From a virus (lineage: Duplodnaviria > Heunggongvirae > Uroviricota > Caudoviricetes), in the IMG/VR virus record IMGVR_UViG_3300021400_000025, positions 22,479 through 86,478 of that record: a stretch of DNA of 64,000 bases, one strand, 5' to 3'. Below the pieces are notes generated by a model. That model had not been told where the DNA came from. It worked only from the letters and a program-made list of their open reading frames with translations, and did not search any database. A program made the position numbers and the translations under genes. The stretch's first letter is position 1. Each line of letters starts with the position of its first letter. Of this stretch, positions 1 to 11,694 are shown one piece after another.

Positions 1-4
1 GTTC

Positions 5-1195
5 ATGATGGGCATCGCTTCGGCAGATGTTCTCACATTCGAGAACATCCCATTTGGAACCCAGGCTGGAACCACGGAAGACCCATTGGGCATCGTGGCC
101 GCGACCAACGCAGAAGCCAAAGCCAACTCGGCCATTTCTTCTGCAAGCAACGCAGCAGAGGCTGTTGCGACAGCATTGACGAAAGCCAACGAAGCTGACG
201 TGAAAGCCACTTCGGCGACCAACAAGGCAGAGACTCTTGCAATGCAAATGAGCGACTTCAAGGACAGCGTGACAAACGCCATCGTTTCGTCCAATGGAGT
301 CACGGTTGTTGGCTCCATGAAGGGAACGCCCAAGGACGTTGGAATGATTGCTGGAACAAACTCCATCGTGTTTGCGATAGACAGGGACAGCGACGACCTT
401 GAACCAGAGAATGGGCAAATCCTCTTCTCAGCAGACAACATAAAGTTCGACGCAACCACAGCGAGCATATTCATAGGGGACTCCACGCTTGCTTCCTTGC
501 TTGGAGGAGGTGGTGGCTCTGGAGAGTCCAACAAGATTGAGGTGGTGCAGACGAATGGTGTTGCCCTCCCCATCGTGGACAAGACCGTGAACATCGTGAT
601 TCCTGCTCCTGGTGACGCAAATGTGATTGAGACTGTGAAGGTGAATGGAACTGCGCTCACACCAAATAACAAGGAAGTTGACATAACGGTTCCATCTGTT
701 GATGGAAAACTGGACGAGACAAATGGCGTTGCCTTTGGAGACTTCAAGGTGTATCCAATGCCATCTGGAACTGTTGGACAAACACACACCATCATCACGC
801 ACGAATCCATGAGCATTGGAGATGTTGAATACAAGGAGAATGGAATAGCCTACAATGGCGAGACGTATGAATTCAGCTCCGACACCAATGGCATTGCGAG
901 GTTGAAGGACATCCCAACAATCAAGACGAATGGCGTTGCCGTGGCTATTTCCAACAAGGAAGTTGACATTGCGATTCCAACTGTCCCTGACATCTCAGGA
1001 TTGGCAACGAAGCAAGAGGTTTCTGAATTGACAATCACGACAGCAAAGGTCACTGACTTGGATTCCTACAAGAACCCAGCAATCAGTGCCGCCGCCTTGG
1101 TTGCGATTGATGGAATCAACAACGCACAAGACATCGCAACAATCAAGTCAACCTTGACGAATTTCCTGCATCAGTTCGTGATTCAGAATCCTTGA
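5..1195 (+). CDS. Tail fibre-like virion protein (probably 5'-truncated by the window edge)
   Basis: 396-aa ORF; Ala/Thr-rich heptad segment, poly-Gly hinge, three copies of a V(Q/K)xNG(V/T)A..xxKxVxIxxP repeat typical of phage fibre proteins; frame open from window start; ends TGA. Confidence 0.55.
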   Translation: MMGIASADVLTFENIPFGTQAGTTEDPLGIVAATNAEAKANSAISSASNAAEAVATALTKANEADVKATSATNKAETLAMQMSDFKDSVTNAIVSSNGVTVVGSMKGTPKDVGMIAGTNSIVFAIDRDSDDLEPENGQILFSADNIKFDATTASIFIGDSTLASLLGGGGGSGESNKIEVVQTNGVALPIVDKTVNIVIPAPGDANVIETVKVNGTALTPNNKEVDITVPSVDGKLDETNGVAFGDFKVYPMPSGTVGQTHTIITHESMSIGDVEYKENGIAYNGETYEFSSDTNGIARLKDIPTIKTNGVAVAISNKEVDIAIPTVPDISGLATKQEVSELTITTAKVTDLDSYKNPAISAAALVAIDGINNAQDIATIKSTLTNFLHQFVIQNP

Positions 1196-1228
1196 TTCTG
1201 GGAAACTGAATCCATTGAAAAGATTCAA

Positions 1229-1256
1229 GCCACATCCGAAAGGGTGTGGCTATTTT
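1229..1256. terminator. Rho-independent terminator between convergent genes
   Basis: GCCACATCC-GAAA-GGGTGTGGC stem-loop (one G-U pair) followed by TATTTT. Confidence 0.8.
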
Positions 1257-1260
1257 GTTG

Positions 1261-3345
1261 TCAGTAGTTGTTCTTGGAGAGGATGTTGATGTTCTTGTTC
1301 ACAATTCTGATTCTGCTCTTCATCTCCTCTTCTGTGTTGGTGTAGAGAACAGGATACATGAATGGTTGAAGCCCCATGTGCCCAGTCTTGATGAAGAGAT
1401 CGTCGCCTAGATCCACAAGGGTGGTGTTGGTGGTGAAGCATGCCATTGAGATTCCGTGCGTGTAGATGGGGTTCTCTCCTGCGCCTGGCTGATACACAGT
1501 GTATATGTCTGACACAGCAGGCACCTTCTCCATAATCATGTTCACTATGTCGTTGGTGTTGAATGGACCGAATCCCACCATTCCATTCCTCACATCGAAG
1601 AAGTAGGTCATCAGAGAGCATATGCGCTCCATGACTTCGTATGACGATATGGAGTAGTCGTCGTTTATCCTCACTTCAAGCCACGAAGCGTCATATCTGC
1701 TGTCCCCATCTTCTATTGTTGGAACCGTGGTCTTCTTGCTTTGGCGCAGAATCTGCCTGCCTTGCTCCTCTGGCACGCTGGAAATCTCGCATCTTATGGG
1801 GAGTGCTGGCATGAACACAGGTTCGTGGCACATGTCCTTCACATCCACCATCATGGACTTGCATCTTTGAACCAGTTGGTCGTAGTTGATGTCGTCTACG
1901 TCCCCGAAGTTGGTTATGTACCAGATGTAGACGTTGTTTGAATCCACTGCGTCTGAAAGGGAAGCCCCACCATATTTTGTGAACCTTGCTGGGTTGAGGT
2001 AGTATCTGGGGTTTTGTCCATGCCGTTCTGACATTCCCATCTGGACAAGCCATCTGTAGAATGTGGCGGTGTATTCCCAGTTGTTCATCACCTTCACAGA
2101 GTTGAACATCCCAGATATGGAGGGTTCGTTCATGATGAAGAACTCATAGTCCTCTTTTGTCACCAATCTGTTGTTCATTTTGAACCAGTGGGGGGCCCTC
2201 TCCCTCACTTGCTCCACCCCTTCCTCCTTCAAGGCCGATGTGGATGATGTCAAGACCCGACATTCAATCTCCTCCACCTTCTGCGCATCCGCACCGAACA
2301 TTCTGGCATATAGTTCTGTTGAGACGCCGAACATCGCCGGCCCATGCACGAACGCCAATTTCTCCTCGCTTGGCTGGACACCTCCCTGCATCCCTTGCGT
2401 TTCAAGGTAGAACACATACAACTGCGAATTGGGCGTCAGCTTCCTCGTGGTGATGCCATCCCCGAACTTGATTACCAGTTGCTTAATCTCATTCAGCTCC
2501 ACATTGAACACATTGCAGTCGGTTTCACCACGCCCATTGTAGAGGAAATTGTGTATCTGGTCAGTGTCGTTGACATTTGGAAGCCCCTTGAACAGACCCA
2601 TGTTCGTGGGGTGGAAGAAGTTCACGTCGGTGGATGTCCAATCCACTTCGTCTGGGTTGTCGGCCTTCATCTTCTCGACAACTTCAATTGCGAACACATG
2701 GGCTGTGCTGGCGTACTTCTGCTCGTCCATTTCGCTTCTCACCATTGGAAGGACAAAAGTCTCGAAGTCGGAGCCATTGGGGGTGAACACTGTCTGGTAT
2801 CTCTTCCACACCCCATTGTGAAGAACCAAATCATACGGCTTTCCCCGTTCCAGGTTCTTGGGGATGATGCAATCGCGCCATGTGTAGGGCGAGTACGAGT
2901 AGTATTTCCCATTGCTCGTCTGCACCATCGCGAAAGGGGGTATTTTGACGTCTGAATCCAAGTCCTCGTTGACCAAATCCCCAGCATCGTCTATTCTGAA
3001 CATGGCCGTGGATGGGGTTATGCCCTATGCGTTATACCCCAGAAGTTTCGCTATCCGCACTATGTTCTCATAGTATTGCGACTGCGAGAACATGGATTCC
3101 GACGCAGCATGGTTCAACTGGTATGTCAATGTCTGGTACATGGTCGCAACCAGATCAACAAGAATCGCTATGTTGGAGCCAGGATACACCTGGTCTCTCA
3201 CAGCAGGATCTTCAATCAACTTGCGTATAATCAAATCCCTCATCTGGTATGCGTTGAATGTCGCATACTTTATGGGAAAGTCCTGTGACAATGAAACATT
3301 TTCCTTGGAAAACCTCTTCTCGTCGTTGTAGTTGGATGATGCCAT
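1261..3345 (-). CDS. Baseplate wedge subunit, T4 gp6-like (694 aa, one in-frame TAG at 3025-3027)
   Basis: ORFs 3025..3399 and 1261..3003 are in frame across a TAG; YPGSNIAILVDLVA..ESMFSQSQYYENIVRIAKLLGY, IKFGDG and APHWFKMNNRLVTKEDYE match gp6-family motifs. Confidence 0.85.
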
Positions 3346-3365
3346 TTCTCTATTTCCTCTTGTGG

Positions 3366-3434
3366 TATTTACCATGATTTTTCCAAAGAAAAATCGCAAA
3401 AACCTCTCAGTTTTTGTCTTGTTTTTCGTAAATA
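3366..3434. promoter_or_regulatory. Divergent pair of late-promoter-like GTAAATA motifs
   Basis: TATTTAC 3366-3372 (minus, before gp6-like gene) and GTAAATA 3428-3434 (plus, before scaffold/capsid); resembles T4 late TATAAATA. Confidence 0.7.
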
Positions 3435-3469
3435 TATGTAGTGTTCAAGAAAAGAAAGTTGGTTCAAAG

Positions 3470-4516
3470 ATGAAGGTTTCGGAGACAACGCAGAAGATTT
3501 ACGATGGAGTATCAAGCATTCTCCAGACGCATGGGCAGAGTCTGACAAAGGCTCAGGTCTATGCAATAGAGAGCATGGTTGAAACCATTGAAGAGTCTGT
3601 AGAGAAAAGATGCCTTGAGACAACGCAGAAGATTCTCGCCAAGAAGGAAAGGTTGGTTGAAGAGGCTAGAATGGATGTGGGAGAAGATCAGCATGGTGTC
3701 TCCGAGGACATGTTGAAGAAGGTCGATTAGCTGGTGGAGAGCAGGATACAGAAGTTGAAGAAGGAGATGCCCCAGGTGATGGATTATGCGAGGATGAAGA
3801 AGCTGGAGAGTTGCGTTGAATCCATCAAGGAGTGCGTGGGCTACAACGCCGACGAACAGGTGGATCGCGTGGCGAAGGAGAGCGCGAAGATGCTCAAGAC
3901 CACCAAGGCTCTGGTTGAGACCCAGGCAAAGCAGATTTCTGAGAAGAGTGCTTCCCTTGTGGAGAGCAGAAAGTCCATAACGGAACTTAAGCAGCAGGTG
4001 AAGCAGATGCAGGCAAAGATAGAAGCGAAGGAAAAACAGATAGTTGAAAGCACGAAGAAGAATTCAGAACTTGTGAACCAGGTTCAGAACCTTCAGAAGA
4101 AAGTTGAAGAGAGCAGGAAGATTAACGAGACGATTGAGGAAAAACGGAAAAGCGAATCATTGAGATATTACTTGGAACAGAAGATAGCGAGCTATCCCAA
4201 GTACGAAGCATCTCTTCTCAGAAAGCATTTCCAGAACGCGAAGAGCAAGGCGGAGATTGACGAGAACTTCCAAAAGGCGTTGTCCATGGTGGCGGAGAAG
4301 AGGGACGCGATGAGGACAGTCCAGGCAATTCCAGTGGCGAAGGTGAACGAGGTTCCGGAGAAGAGCAAGACGATTTCAGGTGAAACTATTGTCAAAGAGA
4401 ATGGTGGTTTCAAGCAGATGCAGACCAAGGAGGTTGACGATTCGTTTGTTGAGGTTGACTTCGACAACGATACCATAAGCCCCTTGGACATGCAGAAGTG
4501 GATGGACCGGCTTTGA
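3470..4516 (+). CDS. Prohead core scaffold protein, gp22-like (348 aa, in-frame TAG at 3728-3730)
   Basis: KKVD*LVESRIQK joins two in-frame ORFs; long E/K coiled coil; directly upstream of major capsid gene. Confidence 0.75.
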
Positions 4517-4556
4517 CATACTTCACACCAAACAAACAACAAACAGGTAAACTAAC

Positions 4557-6179
4557 ATGTTTAGAACAAATTCAGATTACCAGAAGAAGCTGCTCAAGCG
4601 CTGGGCGCCGATTCTGGAGAAGGGCACGCCAATTGACAGCGTCGAGAAGAAGCTGATCGTTGCGCAGTGCCTTGAGAACACCCGCAAGGAGTTCTGCAAG
4701 AAGGGTCTCTTCACAGAGGCTGCTCCTACGGCTGTTGGCAACACGGTTGAACTCCGCAAGGACATGCCCGCCTATCAGAACCCAGTCGCCGGCAATGGCG
4801 TGTTGACGGCAAACGACTACATTCTCCCGAACGTGGTCATGCCTATGCTTCGCCGTATTTTCCCAACCCTCATGGCTCATGAGCTGGTTGGCGTCCAGGC
4901 GATGACCGGTCCTACGGGTCTTGTGATGGCTCTCCGCGCAGTTGCTGCCAACCCAGAGCGCGTGGGTCTTCCACAGAACTACGAATTCGGCTATGGCGAG
5001 AATGGCCGCATGAACCAGTCAAGGTTCACTGGCGAGTATGCCAAGAACACCAATGTTGATGTTGGAAGCGATGATTCCAAGCTGTTGAACAAGCTCTATG
5101 GCAAGGATCCTGATCTTGACAACATTGGCGCGTTCTTGAACGGCACCTATGGTTCCTACTCTGGCCGTGGCGTTCCTACAGGCGCTGGCGAGGGCTATGC
5201 CACAGGTGGTGGCTATGCTCAGGGTTGGGCTGACAATGGATATGCTGGTGGCAAGCCAGGTCCTTATGCCGAGGCGACACAGACGCCTCATCACTATGGT
5301 GAAGGTACTCCTGATCCAACCTTCGGCCACTGGAGGAACAACACGTATCCTCAGGCTACGCTGAAGTTCGAGAAGCGTTTCGTGGTTGCCGAGACCCGCA
5401 AGCTGGGTTCCGAGTGGACGCCAGAGGACGCTGAAGACCTTGAGGCAATGCAGGGCATCGACCTTGAGACCGAGTTGACGAACGTGATTTCCTATCAGTT
5501 GGGCGCAGAAATCGACCAGCAGATCAAGGAGAGCATGATTTACGCCGCTTGGGCTGATTCCAAGGTCATTGACGTGAGCCGCCTTGATGGTCTTGACCAG
5601 ATGGGCCGTATCGCCGCGATGTTGACCTTCGTGACCCGCGAGGCGAACGAGATCGCAATCAAGACCCGTCGTGGCGCAGGCAACTTCGTCCTCGCTTCCA
5701 CGACAGTCTGCTCCTGCCTCCAGCAGCTTGGCACGTCCAAGCTCGTCAGCGATGGCAAGACGATGCCTTCTGTCCCTGCTTCTGCAATTGGCGCAATGAC
5801 GAAGGAAGGTCTCATCAACGATGGCCGTCAGCTCCTCGTCCGCGACACCAACACCTTCGGTTCCTATGCTCTTGTTGGCTACAAGGGAACGCAGGCTGGT
5901 GACGCCGGCATCGTGTACTGCCCATACATCCCTGTGACCCTCTACAAGGCTGTCAAGCCCGAGAATGGTCTCAATGTGATTGGTGCCCGTACGCGCTATG
6001 GTCTGGTTGACAACCCATTCGATTCCAAGAACTACTACCAGCTCATCAAGTTCACTGGATTTGACACTGGTTACACACTTGGCACTGACAAGCGCACCTT
6101 CTTTGGTGATCCTATCAACTCTGATGGTTCTGAGTTCGCCGACAGCGCGTTCCAGCATCGTAGTGGTCTCATTGGCTAA
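4557..6179 (+). CDS. gp23: Major capsid protein, T4 gp23 family
   Basis: RWAPILE N-terminus, PMLRRIFPTLMAHELVGVQAMTGPTGLVMALR, ELTNVISYQLGAEID, YCPYIP, TRYGL motifs; strongly biased codon usage. Confidence 0.96.
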   Translation: MFRTNSDYQKKLLKRWAPILEKGTPIDSVEKKLIVAQCLENTRKEFCKKGLFTEAAPTAVGNTVELRKDMPAYQNPVAGNGVLTANDYILPNVVMPMLRRIFPTLMAHELVGVQAMTGPTGLVMALRAVAANPERVGLPQNYEFGYGENGRMNQSRFTGEYAKNTNVDVGSDDSKLLNKLYGKDPDLDNIGAFLNGTYGSYSGRGVPTGAGEGYATGGGYAQGWADNGYAGGKPGPYAEATQTPHHYGEGTPDPTFGHWRNNTYPQATLKFEKRFVVAETRKLGSEWTPEDAEDLEAMQGIDLETELTNVISYQLGAEIDQQIKESMIYAAWADSKVIDVSRLDGLDQMGRIAAMLTFVTREANEIAIKTRRGAGNFVLASTTVCSCLQQLGTSKLVSDGKTMPSVPASAIGAMTKEGLINDGRQLLVRDTNTFGSYALVGYKGTQAGDAGIVYCPYIPVTLYKAVKPENGLNVIGARTRYGLVDNPFDSKNYYQLIKFTGFDTGYTLGTDKRTFFGDPINSDGSEFADSAFQHRSGLIG

Positions 6180-6208
6180 TCCAAAAGATTGGCACAATGC
6201 TGATGATG

Positions 6209-6243
6209 AAGATGGTTGGAGAAATCCAACCATCTTTTGTTTT
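6209..6243. terminator. Strong terminator after capsid gene
   Basis: Perfect stem AAGATGGTTGGA-GAAA-TCCAACCATCTT followed by TTGTTTT. Confidence 0.9.
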
Positions 6244-6511
6244 ACCCAATCTTCGGCGCAATTGCCTTGTTGTTCTTCAACCATTTCTTCAGGTTGTCTG
6301 GATTGACTTCCTCAACCCTTCCCTTGAACAGCAAGACGCAATGCCACCCTGGAATTGACTTGTGGGTGAAATGATACACCATTCCATTTCGTCTGTCGAG
6401 CCACATGACATGAAAATGCCACATGCCATGCCAAATTGGTATCAACTTGATTTCATCCCAATTTGAAAACTTCCGTTTCAAAGCCTCTATGACGCAATTT
6501 GAGATTGTCAT
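6242..6511 (-). CDS. Hypothetical protein (89 aa, Trp/His-rich)
   Basis: ATG overlaps the uvsW TGA (ATGA coupling); MTISNCVIEALKRK.. to TAA; the longer ORF-track call overlaps uvsW. Confidence 0.6.
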   Translation of the reverse strand: MTISNCVIEALKRKFSNWDEIKLIPIWHGMWHFHVMWLDRRNGMVYHFTHKSIPGWHCVLLFKGRVEEVNPDNLKKWLKNNKAIAPKIG

Positions 6512-8268
6512 ATCGTCAGCTCCACAACCTTGTCGAACTTGCTTTTGTCGTAGAACTCCTTGTAGAGCCTCTTTCTCTCCGCTGCATGTCTCTTGCTGTA
6601 CTTCATTGAATACACGGCGTCTATGACTTCGCACTGCTTTCCATCCTTCAATCTGAGGATTCGTCCAATTGACTGGATTGTCCTTGCCATGGACTTTCCA
6701 CCAACGAACATGACCAGCTTTGAGAGGGACTTGATGTTGATTCCTGTTGAGAGGATTGCTGACTGACCAACAAGCAGACATCCTGTGTTGTCCTCAACAT
6801 ACTTTCTCACCCTTTCGCGCTCTGCCACTGGAATTGAGCCGTCTATGAACAATGGCGTTCTGTCAATAGTGCCACGTTCCTTCAATATGTCAAGGAAGTT
6901 GAAGATGCGTTCGCCCATTTCGGTTCTGTCGAAGAGGATGATGGCGTTGTCTTCTGATGTGGTTTCGGTGAGGATGTAGTTCAGAACTGGCTTGAACAGC
7001 TTTTCGCAGTTGTCCACCATGTACTTCTGCTCCGCCCTGAATGGGTCTCCTGAACCAACCAAGGACATTCCAGTTTCGTCAACTGAATTCACCTTGTAGA
7101 TGGAGTTGGGGTGGAACAGAAGTTCTCTGTTGGAGATGACCTCTTTCACCTCTATGTTCAACCTCGTTATGTCGCAATGGGAAATGAAGCCCTGGTCTTG
7201 CAGTTCAGTGACGGATGTGTCAAAGACCTTTGGTCCGGTCAATCCAACCATCTGCCAGAACTTGAATCCCTTTGGCAATGTGCCAGACAATCCAACCCTC
7301 AACTTTGTTTCAATGAGAAAGTTCTCAAGTACGCTGAACCCAGCCGTTCCATGGTTGAATGTCTTATGCGCCTCGTCCCCAATCACCATGTCAATCTTCC
7401 CAATCTCGGCTATGTGCTGGAGGCAATATGTGGAGTTGGCGATGACAATGCTTGCAGTCAGCAGGTTTTTCTTGTCCTTTTTCTTGGTTGCACCCGAGAA
7501 CCTGCACACCTCGTCGTCCGTGTATCCGTATTCCAATAGGTCAGTGTAGAATTGCTCCACCAACTGGATGTTTGGGACGTAGATTAGTGTTCTGAATGTC
7601 TCTCCCTTGAAGAATTGTTGCTGAAGGGTGTATATGAGATTTGCTATGATGAACGACTTGCCGGAACCGGTCGGGGACTGAATCAAGCACCTTCCATTTC
7701 CCTTCAATATGATTGCCCTTATCGCATCCTCCTGGTATGGACGCATCACCCTCACATTTGGGTCTTCTGGGTCTTCTGCTCTGTCCAACGATATGTTGAC
7801 AACCTCGAAATTGTCCTTGTCAATCTTCAACTCGGACATCTTCTTGGCAAGTGGAACAAGGTATTCGTAGATGTATGACTTCGCCCTTGGTCCGATGAGA
7901 ACCATCTGGCTTGAAGTGAGGTGGTTTGGGTTCAACTCGAAGTCAGTGGCAATGAAGTTCAATACCTCAAAGAGAAGTCCAGTTGGGAAATATCCAAATG
8001 GGGATACTGCATAGAGATATACTGGATCACGGCGGCCAGTGAAGAAACTTGACTGGTCAATCTCCCTGAAATGTCGGACAATCCTGTCAAGATGCATGGC
8101 GTTTCGCACGAACATTCTGAACATCATCTGCTGGTTGTCGAAGCCAATATAATACTTGAAGTTGGGATTCGTGTACATCAAGTCATCCACGTCATCCACA
8201 TACTTCAGGTACTTGGATTGGATTGTCTGAGATATCTTGTTTGTCACTGCCATTTTAATGTCAATCAT
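6508..8268 (-). CDS. uvsW: SF2 DNA helicase, UvsW-like
   Basis: SPTGSGKS Walker A, DEAH, LSGT, STGINI, QSIGRILR motifs; position next to capsid module as in T4-like phages. Confidence 0.92.
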   Translation of the reverse strand: MIDIKMAVTNKISQTIQSKYLKYVDDVDDLMYTNPNFKYYIGFDNQQMMFRMFVRNAMHLDRIVRHFREIDQSSFFTGRRDPVYLYAVSPFGYFPTGLLFEVLNFIATDFELNPNHLTSSQMVLIGPRAKSYIYEYLVPLAKKMSELKIDKDNFEVVNISLDRAEDPEDPNVRVMRPYQEDAIRAIILKGNGRCLIQSPTGSGKSFIIANLIYTLQQQFFKGETFRTLIYVPNIQLVEQFYTDLLEYGYTDDEVCRFSGATKKKDKKNLLTASIVIANSTYCLQHIAEIGKIDMVIGDEAHKTFNHGTAGFSVLENFLIETKLRVGLSGTLPKGFKFWQMVGLTGPKVFDTSVTELQDQGFISHCDITRLNIEVKEVISNRELLFHPNSIYKVNSVDETGMSLVGSGDPFRAEQKYMVDNCEKLFKPVLNYILTETTSEDNAIILFDRTEMGERIFNFLDILKERGTIDRTPLFIDGSIPVAERERVRKYVEDNTGCLLVGQSAILSTGINIKSLSKLVMFVGGKSMARTIQSIGRILRLKDGKQCEVIDAVYSMKYSKRHAAERKRLYKEFYDKSKFDKVVELTI

Positions 8269-8303
8269 CCAGGAAATTCCTTTCGTCTACAAATCCTCTT
8301 TAT

Positions 8304-8332
8304 AGTATACAAGTTTTGGTGGAAGCGGTAAA
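8304..8332 (-). promoter_or_regulatory. Sigma70-type promoter for uvsW
   Basis: TTTACC-N17-TATACT on minus strand. Confidence 0.6.
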
Positions 8333-8334
8333 GG

Positions 8335-9699
8335 TTATTTTATCTTCTCAGAATAGAAACCCGCTTTGAAGCCACATTCTCCTCCTGTGCCTGCTCCGGT
8401 TCTTGCTCCTACTGAGACCGAAATACCATTTGCTTGACATGAATCAAGAAGTCTTTTTCCTGCGATATATTTATCTCCCTTAATTTGGGACAATATAGCC
8501 ATTCTGCCCGAATCTCCACTATCAACCATAATTATTTTTTGATGGTTGTCTTTTACATAATAGTCAATGTAATATTTTGCAAAGAGATATACGAATATAA
8601 CTGCCCTTTCCCTATTCATTGATTCCAAATCGTTGTCTAGATTGACATTCATTTCGTCATCTTCAATTTTGTTCCTTGATGTTTTTGACATGGGTTTTGG
8701 CATGGTTCTTTCGTCCATTCCAATATACTTGCTTATTATTCTTTCAATCTCTTCCGTCTTTTTGCTTCCCTCTGGAAGAAATTGCATAAGTTGCTGGTAT
8801 GTTTTTGGATATGCCTTACCATTATCTCCACGCTTCATCAGCAATTGCTCAGCTTCCCCACAATTTTGTGGAATGAACCTTGATGTTATCACTCCACCAC
8901 TGCTTTTCACCTCAATGGAAGATTTGCCACTTTGGATGTCTCCCGCTTCGTCGGCAAGTTTGCAATCAGAAAATGTGAGAGCCAATGCCAATTCACCTTT
9001 TCCAACTGGTGCATTGTTCTTATAAAAGTTATTAAGTTTAGTGATTGCGTTGAATGCCCTAAATAGCTGATCCTTGTTGATTTTATTTTTTCCAACCTTG
9101 ATGTCATTGAATACTGTGTTAATTCTCATCAAATATACAACTTCCTTTGCTGGAATAATATCCATCAACTTTCTTGACTCACGAGAACCTATAAGAGCAG
9201 AAAAAGTCATGAGACTGCTACCTTCGTTTTTTGAAACAAGTTCAAGGAACAAGTCAGATGTCAGTTCAGGGGTAAGGTCGGTCCCGTTTTTGGATTTTTG
9301 TCCAAAGTCAATTTCTTTTAACTGTTGTGCAATTCGATCAAGATATTTCAGTCCCCCATCTTCCGACCCACCCAATTGCGTCAGTTGCTCTCCTAGTTCT
9401 TCAAGTTTCTTTGAGACATCTCCCTCAGGAACTCCAAGCAGTTTTCCAATTACCTATCCCTTGTTTTGAAAGTCCTTCCATGAATTAGTGTTTTTCAAGT
9501 TCTCAAATTTTCCTGATGTGTTATTCAATTTGGATTCATGAATGAATCCATTTCTATAAATTTGAACTAACTTGCATAAATCCCTATTGAATAGTTCTAT
9601 TTTTGGTGTTGTTTTCTCATTGACAATGTTAAGTGGATAGAATTTCACTTCTTGTTTCTTCTTATCGTCTATGTCAACCCATTTTATGTCCTTGGTCAT
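8335..9699 (-). CDS. Putative PD-(D/E)xK endonuclease (454 aa, in-frame TAG at 9454-9456), AT-rich
   Basis: ORFs 9454..9699 and 8335..9375 join in frame through TAG; GKGELALAL..AGDIQ..IEVKS motif; visibly more AT-rich than flanks. Confidence 0.55.
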
Positions 9700-9730
9700 T
9701 TTGCATTCTCCATATCAAATGTTGCTAGAC

Positions 9731-9761
9731 TATTTACCATTGAGCATTGCAAATGTATAAT
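9731..9761. promoter_or_regulatory. Overlapping divergent promoters: late GTAAATA (minus) and sigma70 TTTACC-N17-TATAAT (plus)
   Basis: TATTTAC 9731-9737; TTTACC 9733-9738 and TATAAT 9756-9761. Confidence 0.6.
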
Positions 9762-9774
9762 TGAATATTGAATC

Positions 9775-10794
9775 ATGAACAAAGACTACTACAAGATATT
9801 GGGCGTTGAGAAGACTGCAACGGAGGATGAAATCAAAAAGGCCTACCGCAAGTTGGCCTTGAGATACCATCCAGATCACCAGCAAGGCAAGTCTGATGCT
9901 GAGAAGAAGGAAGCTGAAGACAAGTTCAAGGACATCAACGAGGCATACGAGGTCTTGTCCAATCCAGAGAAGAGGCAGCAGTACGACAATCCAAGTCCAT
10001 TCAGTGACTTTGGTGGTGGAGGAATGGGTGGTGGAACTGCACGGCAGTGGACCGACGAGAATGGCAACATGCATTTTGAGTTCAGTGGTGGGGAAATGCC
10101 GGGTGGATTTGGTTTTGGCAATCCCTTCATGGATCCTTTTGGCATGGGTGGTTTCGGCCCATTTGGGCGCAGAAGAAGAATGGATCCAAACGCCCCAAGA
10201 CCTGGCGAGTCAATGGCATTCACCTTGTCTGTTGGATTCAGGGAAGCCATAGATGGTTGCTCCAAGAAGGTGAAGTTGAACATAGAGGACAACTGTGGAT
10301 GCTTGAATGGATGCGACAAGTGCAACCATACTGGAAGGATCACCAAAACGATAACTCTGGAGGTGAGGGTTCCGAGTGGGTGTCCAGATGGTCAGAGGTT
10401 GAGGGTTGCTGGTCAGGGGAATCGTGGCTACAATGGCGGTCCGAATGGCGACATCTACTTCCAGATTGCCGTGGGCAACGACCCAGATGGGATTTTCGTC
10501 AGAGATGGCTTTGACTTGTTGGAGCAGATTGATGTTCCCTTCGAGATCTTCATATTGGGTGGAGAGATTGAATACCATACATTGACGGGGGTTGAAAAAT
10601 ACACTGTCCAGCCATTCACGAAGCCTGGGAAGTGGCTTGTGTTCAAGAACAAGGGAGTGCATGTGATGAACTCCATCAACTCAAATGGGGACTTGAAGGT
10701 GCTGCTTGAACCGAAAATCCCAGAAAGCCTTTCAAGCAAGGAACGTGAAATCCTTGAACAGTATCGGGAAGAACGTGCGAGAAATGGTAAATAA
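9775..10794 (+). CDS. dnaJ: DnaJ-family co-chaperone (class II-like, vestigial Zn finger)
   Basis: [14 protein letters not shown]-domain, G/F-rich linker, single [14 protein letters not shown] remnant, C-terminal substrate-binding domain. Confidence 0.93.
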   Translation: MNKDYYKILGVEKTATEDEIKKAYRKLALRYHPDHQQGKSDAEKKEAEDKFKDINEAYEVLSNPEKRQQYDNPSPFSDFGGGGMGGGTARQWTDENGNMHFEFSGGEMPGGFGFGNPFMDPFGMGGFGPFGRRRRMDPNAPRPGESMAFTLSVGFREAIDGCSKKVKLNIEDNCGCLNGCDKCNHTGRITKTITLEVRVPSGCPDGQRLRVAGQGNRGYNGGPNGDIYFQIAVGNDPDGIFVRDGFDLLEQIDVPFEIFILGGEIEYHTLTGVEKYTVQPFTKPGKWLVFKNKGVHVMNSINSNGDLKVLLEPKIPESLSSKEREILEQYREERARNGK

Positions 10795-10824
10795 TTCCAT
10801 AAGACACACGAGGATTATTATACC

Positions 10825-11694
10825 ATGAAATGGCGAATCTACAAAGAAGATGTTGAAGAAGTGGACATCAAGAAGCTGCTCAAGATGAATGGCGTGACGA
10901 AATTTCCATCTGGAATGAAGTTTTCTGACACCAAGGCAGAGTGGGAAAAGCATCGGGGACATGCTGGAAAGAAGACCATCTACAATATGTGCGTTCAACT
11001 TGAGCATGCGGGTTGGAAGAGAGGTGATTGGACCACTGGTGGCATTCCAGATGGTTCCGCCGTGTCCAATTCTGAGAAATATACTTCTCCCGATGGCTAG
11101 ATAGTGATGTCATATTATGAATACTATGGGGCCACTGCCTATGACAACAGCTACTACATCACGTTCAAGTTGGCAGAAAGCCCAATGAAAGAGTCAAGCA
11201 GATTTGGCTTCAATGCTGGGGACGAAGTAAATCCAAAGGCTGAAGATAAGGCAATGGAAGTTCTTGCCAAGATGGAGCATGGAACTCCAACAGATGAAGA
11301 GTTTTACAAGACACCGTGCTTCAAGTTCCTTGATGTGAGATATGTTGAAAGCTGGGTTGAGTTTGACACTGTTGAGGGTTTGTGGTCAAGCAAGAATTGT
11401 GACTCCCGACTTGACGATGTTACTGACGAATTGCAACTCGCCAGCATGATGGTATTCCACAAGGACAATCTTCACATGGTGAACATTCCAACAAGATGGG
11501 TGTGGATATTCGGCGAAAATGCCGCTTGGGAAGATGTGTGCGAAGCCAGGATGCACTTCACTGGGGATGTTCCATTTGGCTACGGAGAAGAGGTCAAGAA
11601 TGAAATTCTTCAGGCTTTGCGTGGAAATGCCATTACCCACAGATGCTTGGAGAACATCATAACAAGTACGAAGAACAAATGGTACACGACTTGA
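10825..11694 (+). CDS. Hypothetical late protein (289 aa, in-frame TAG at 11098-11100)
   Basis: YTSPDG*IVMSYYEY joins two ORFs in frame; GTAAATA at 10787-10793 upstream. Confidence 0.65.

Noticed and set aside
5019-6284. 421-aa antisense ORF over the capsid gene (likewise 49158..50006, 28455..29255, 43496..44671, 32121..32861)
   Set aside because: Shadow ORFs arising from codon bias or low complexity on the true coding strand; no RBS, motifs or operon logic
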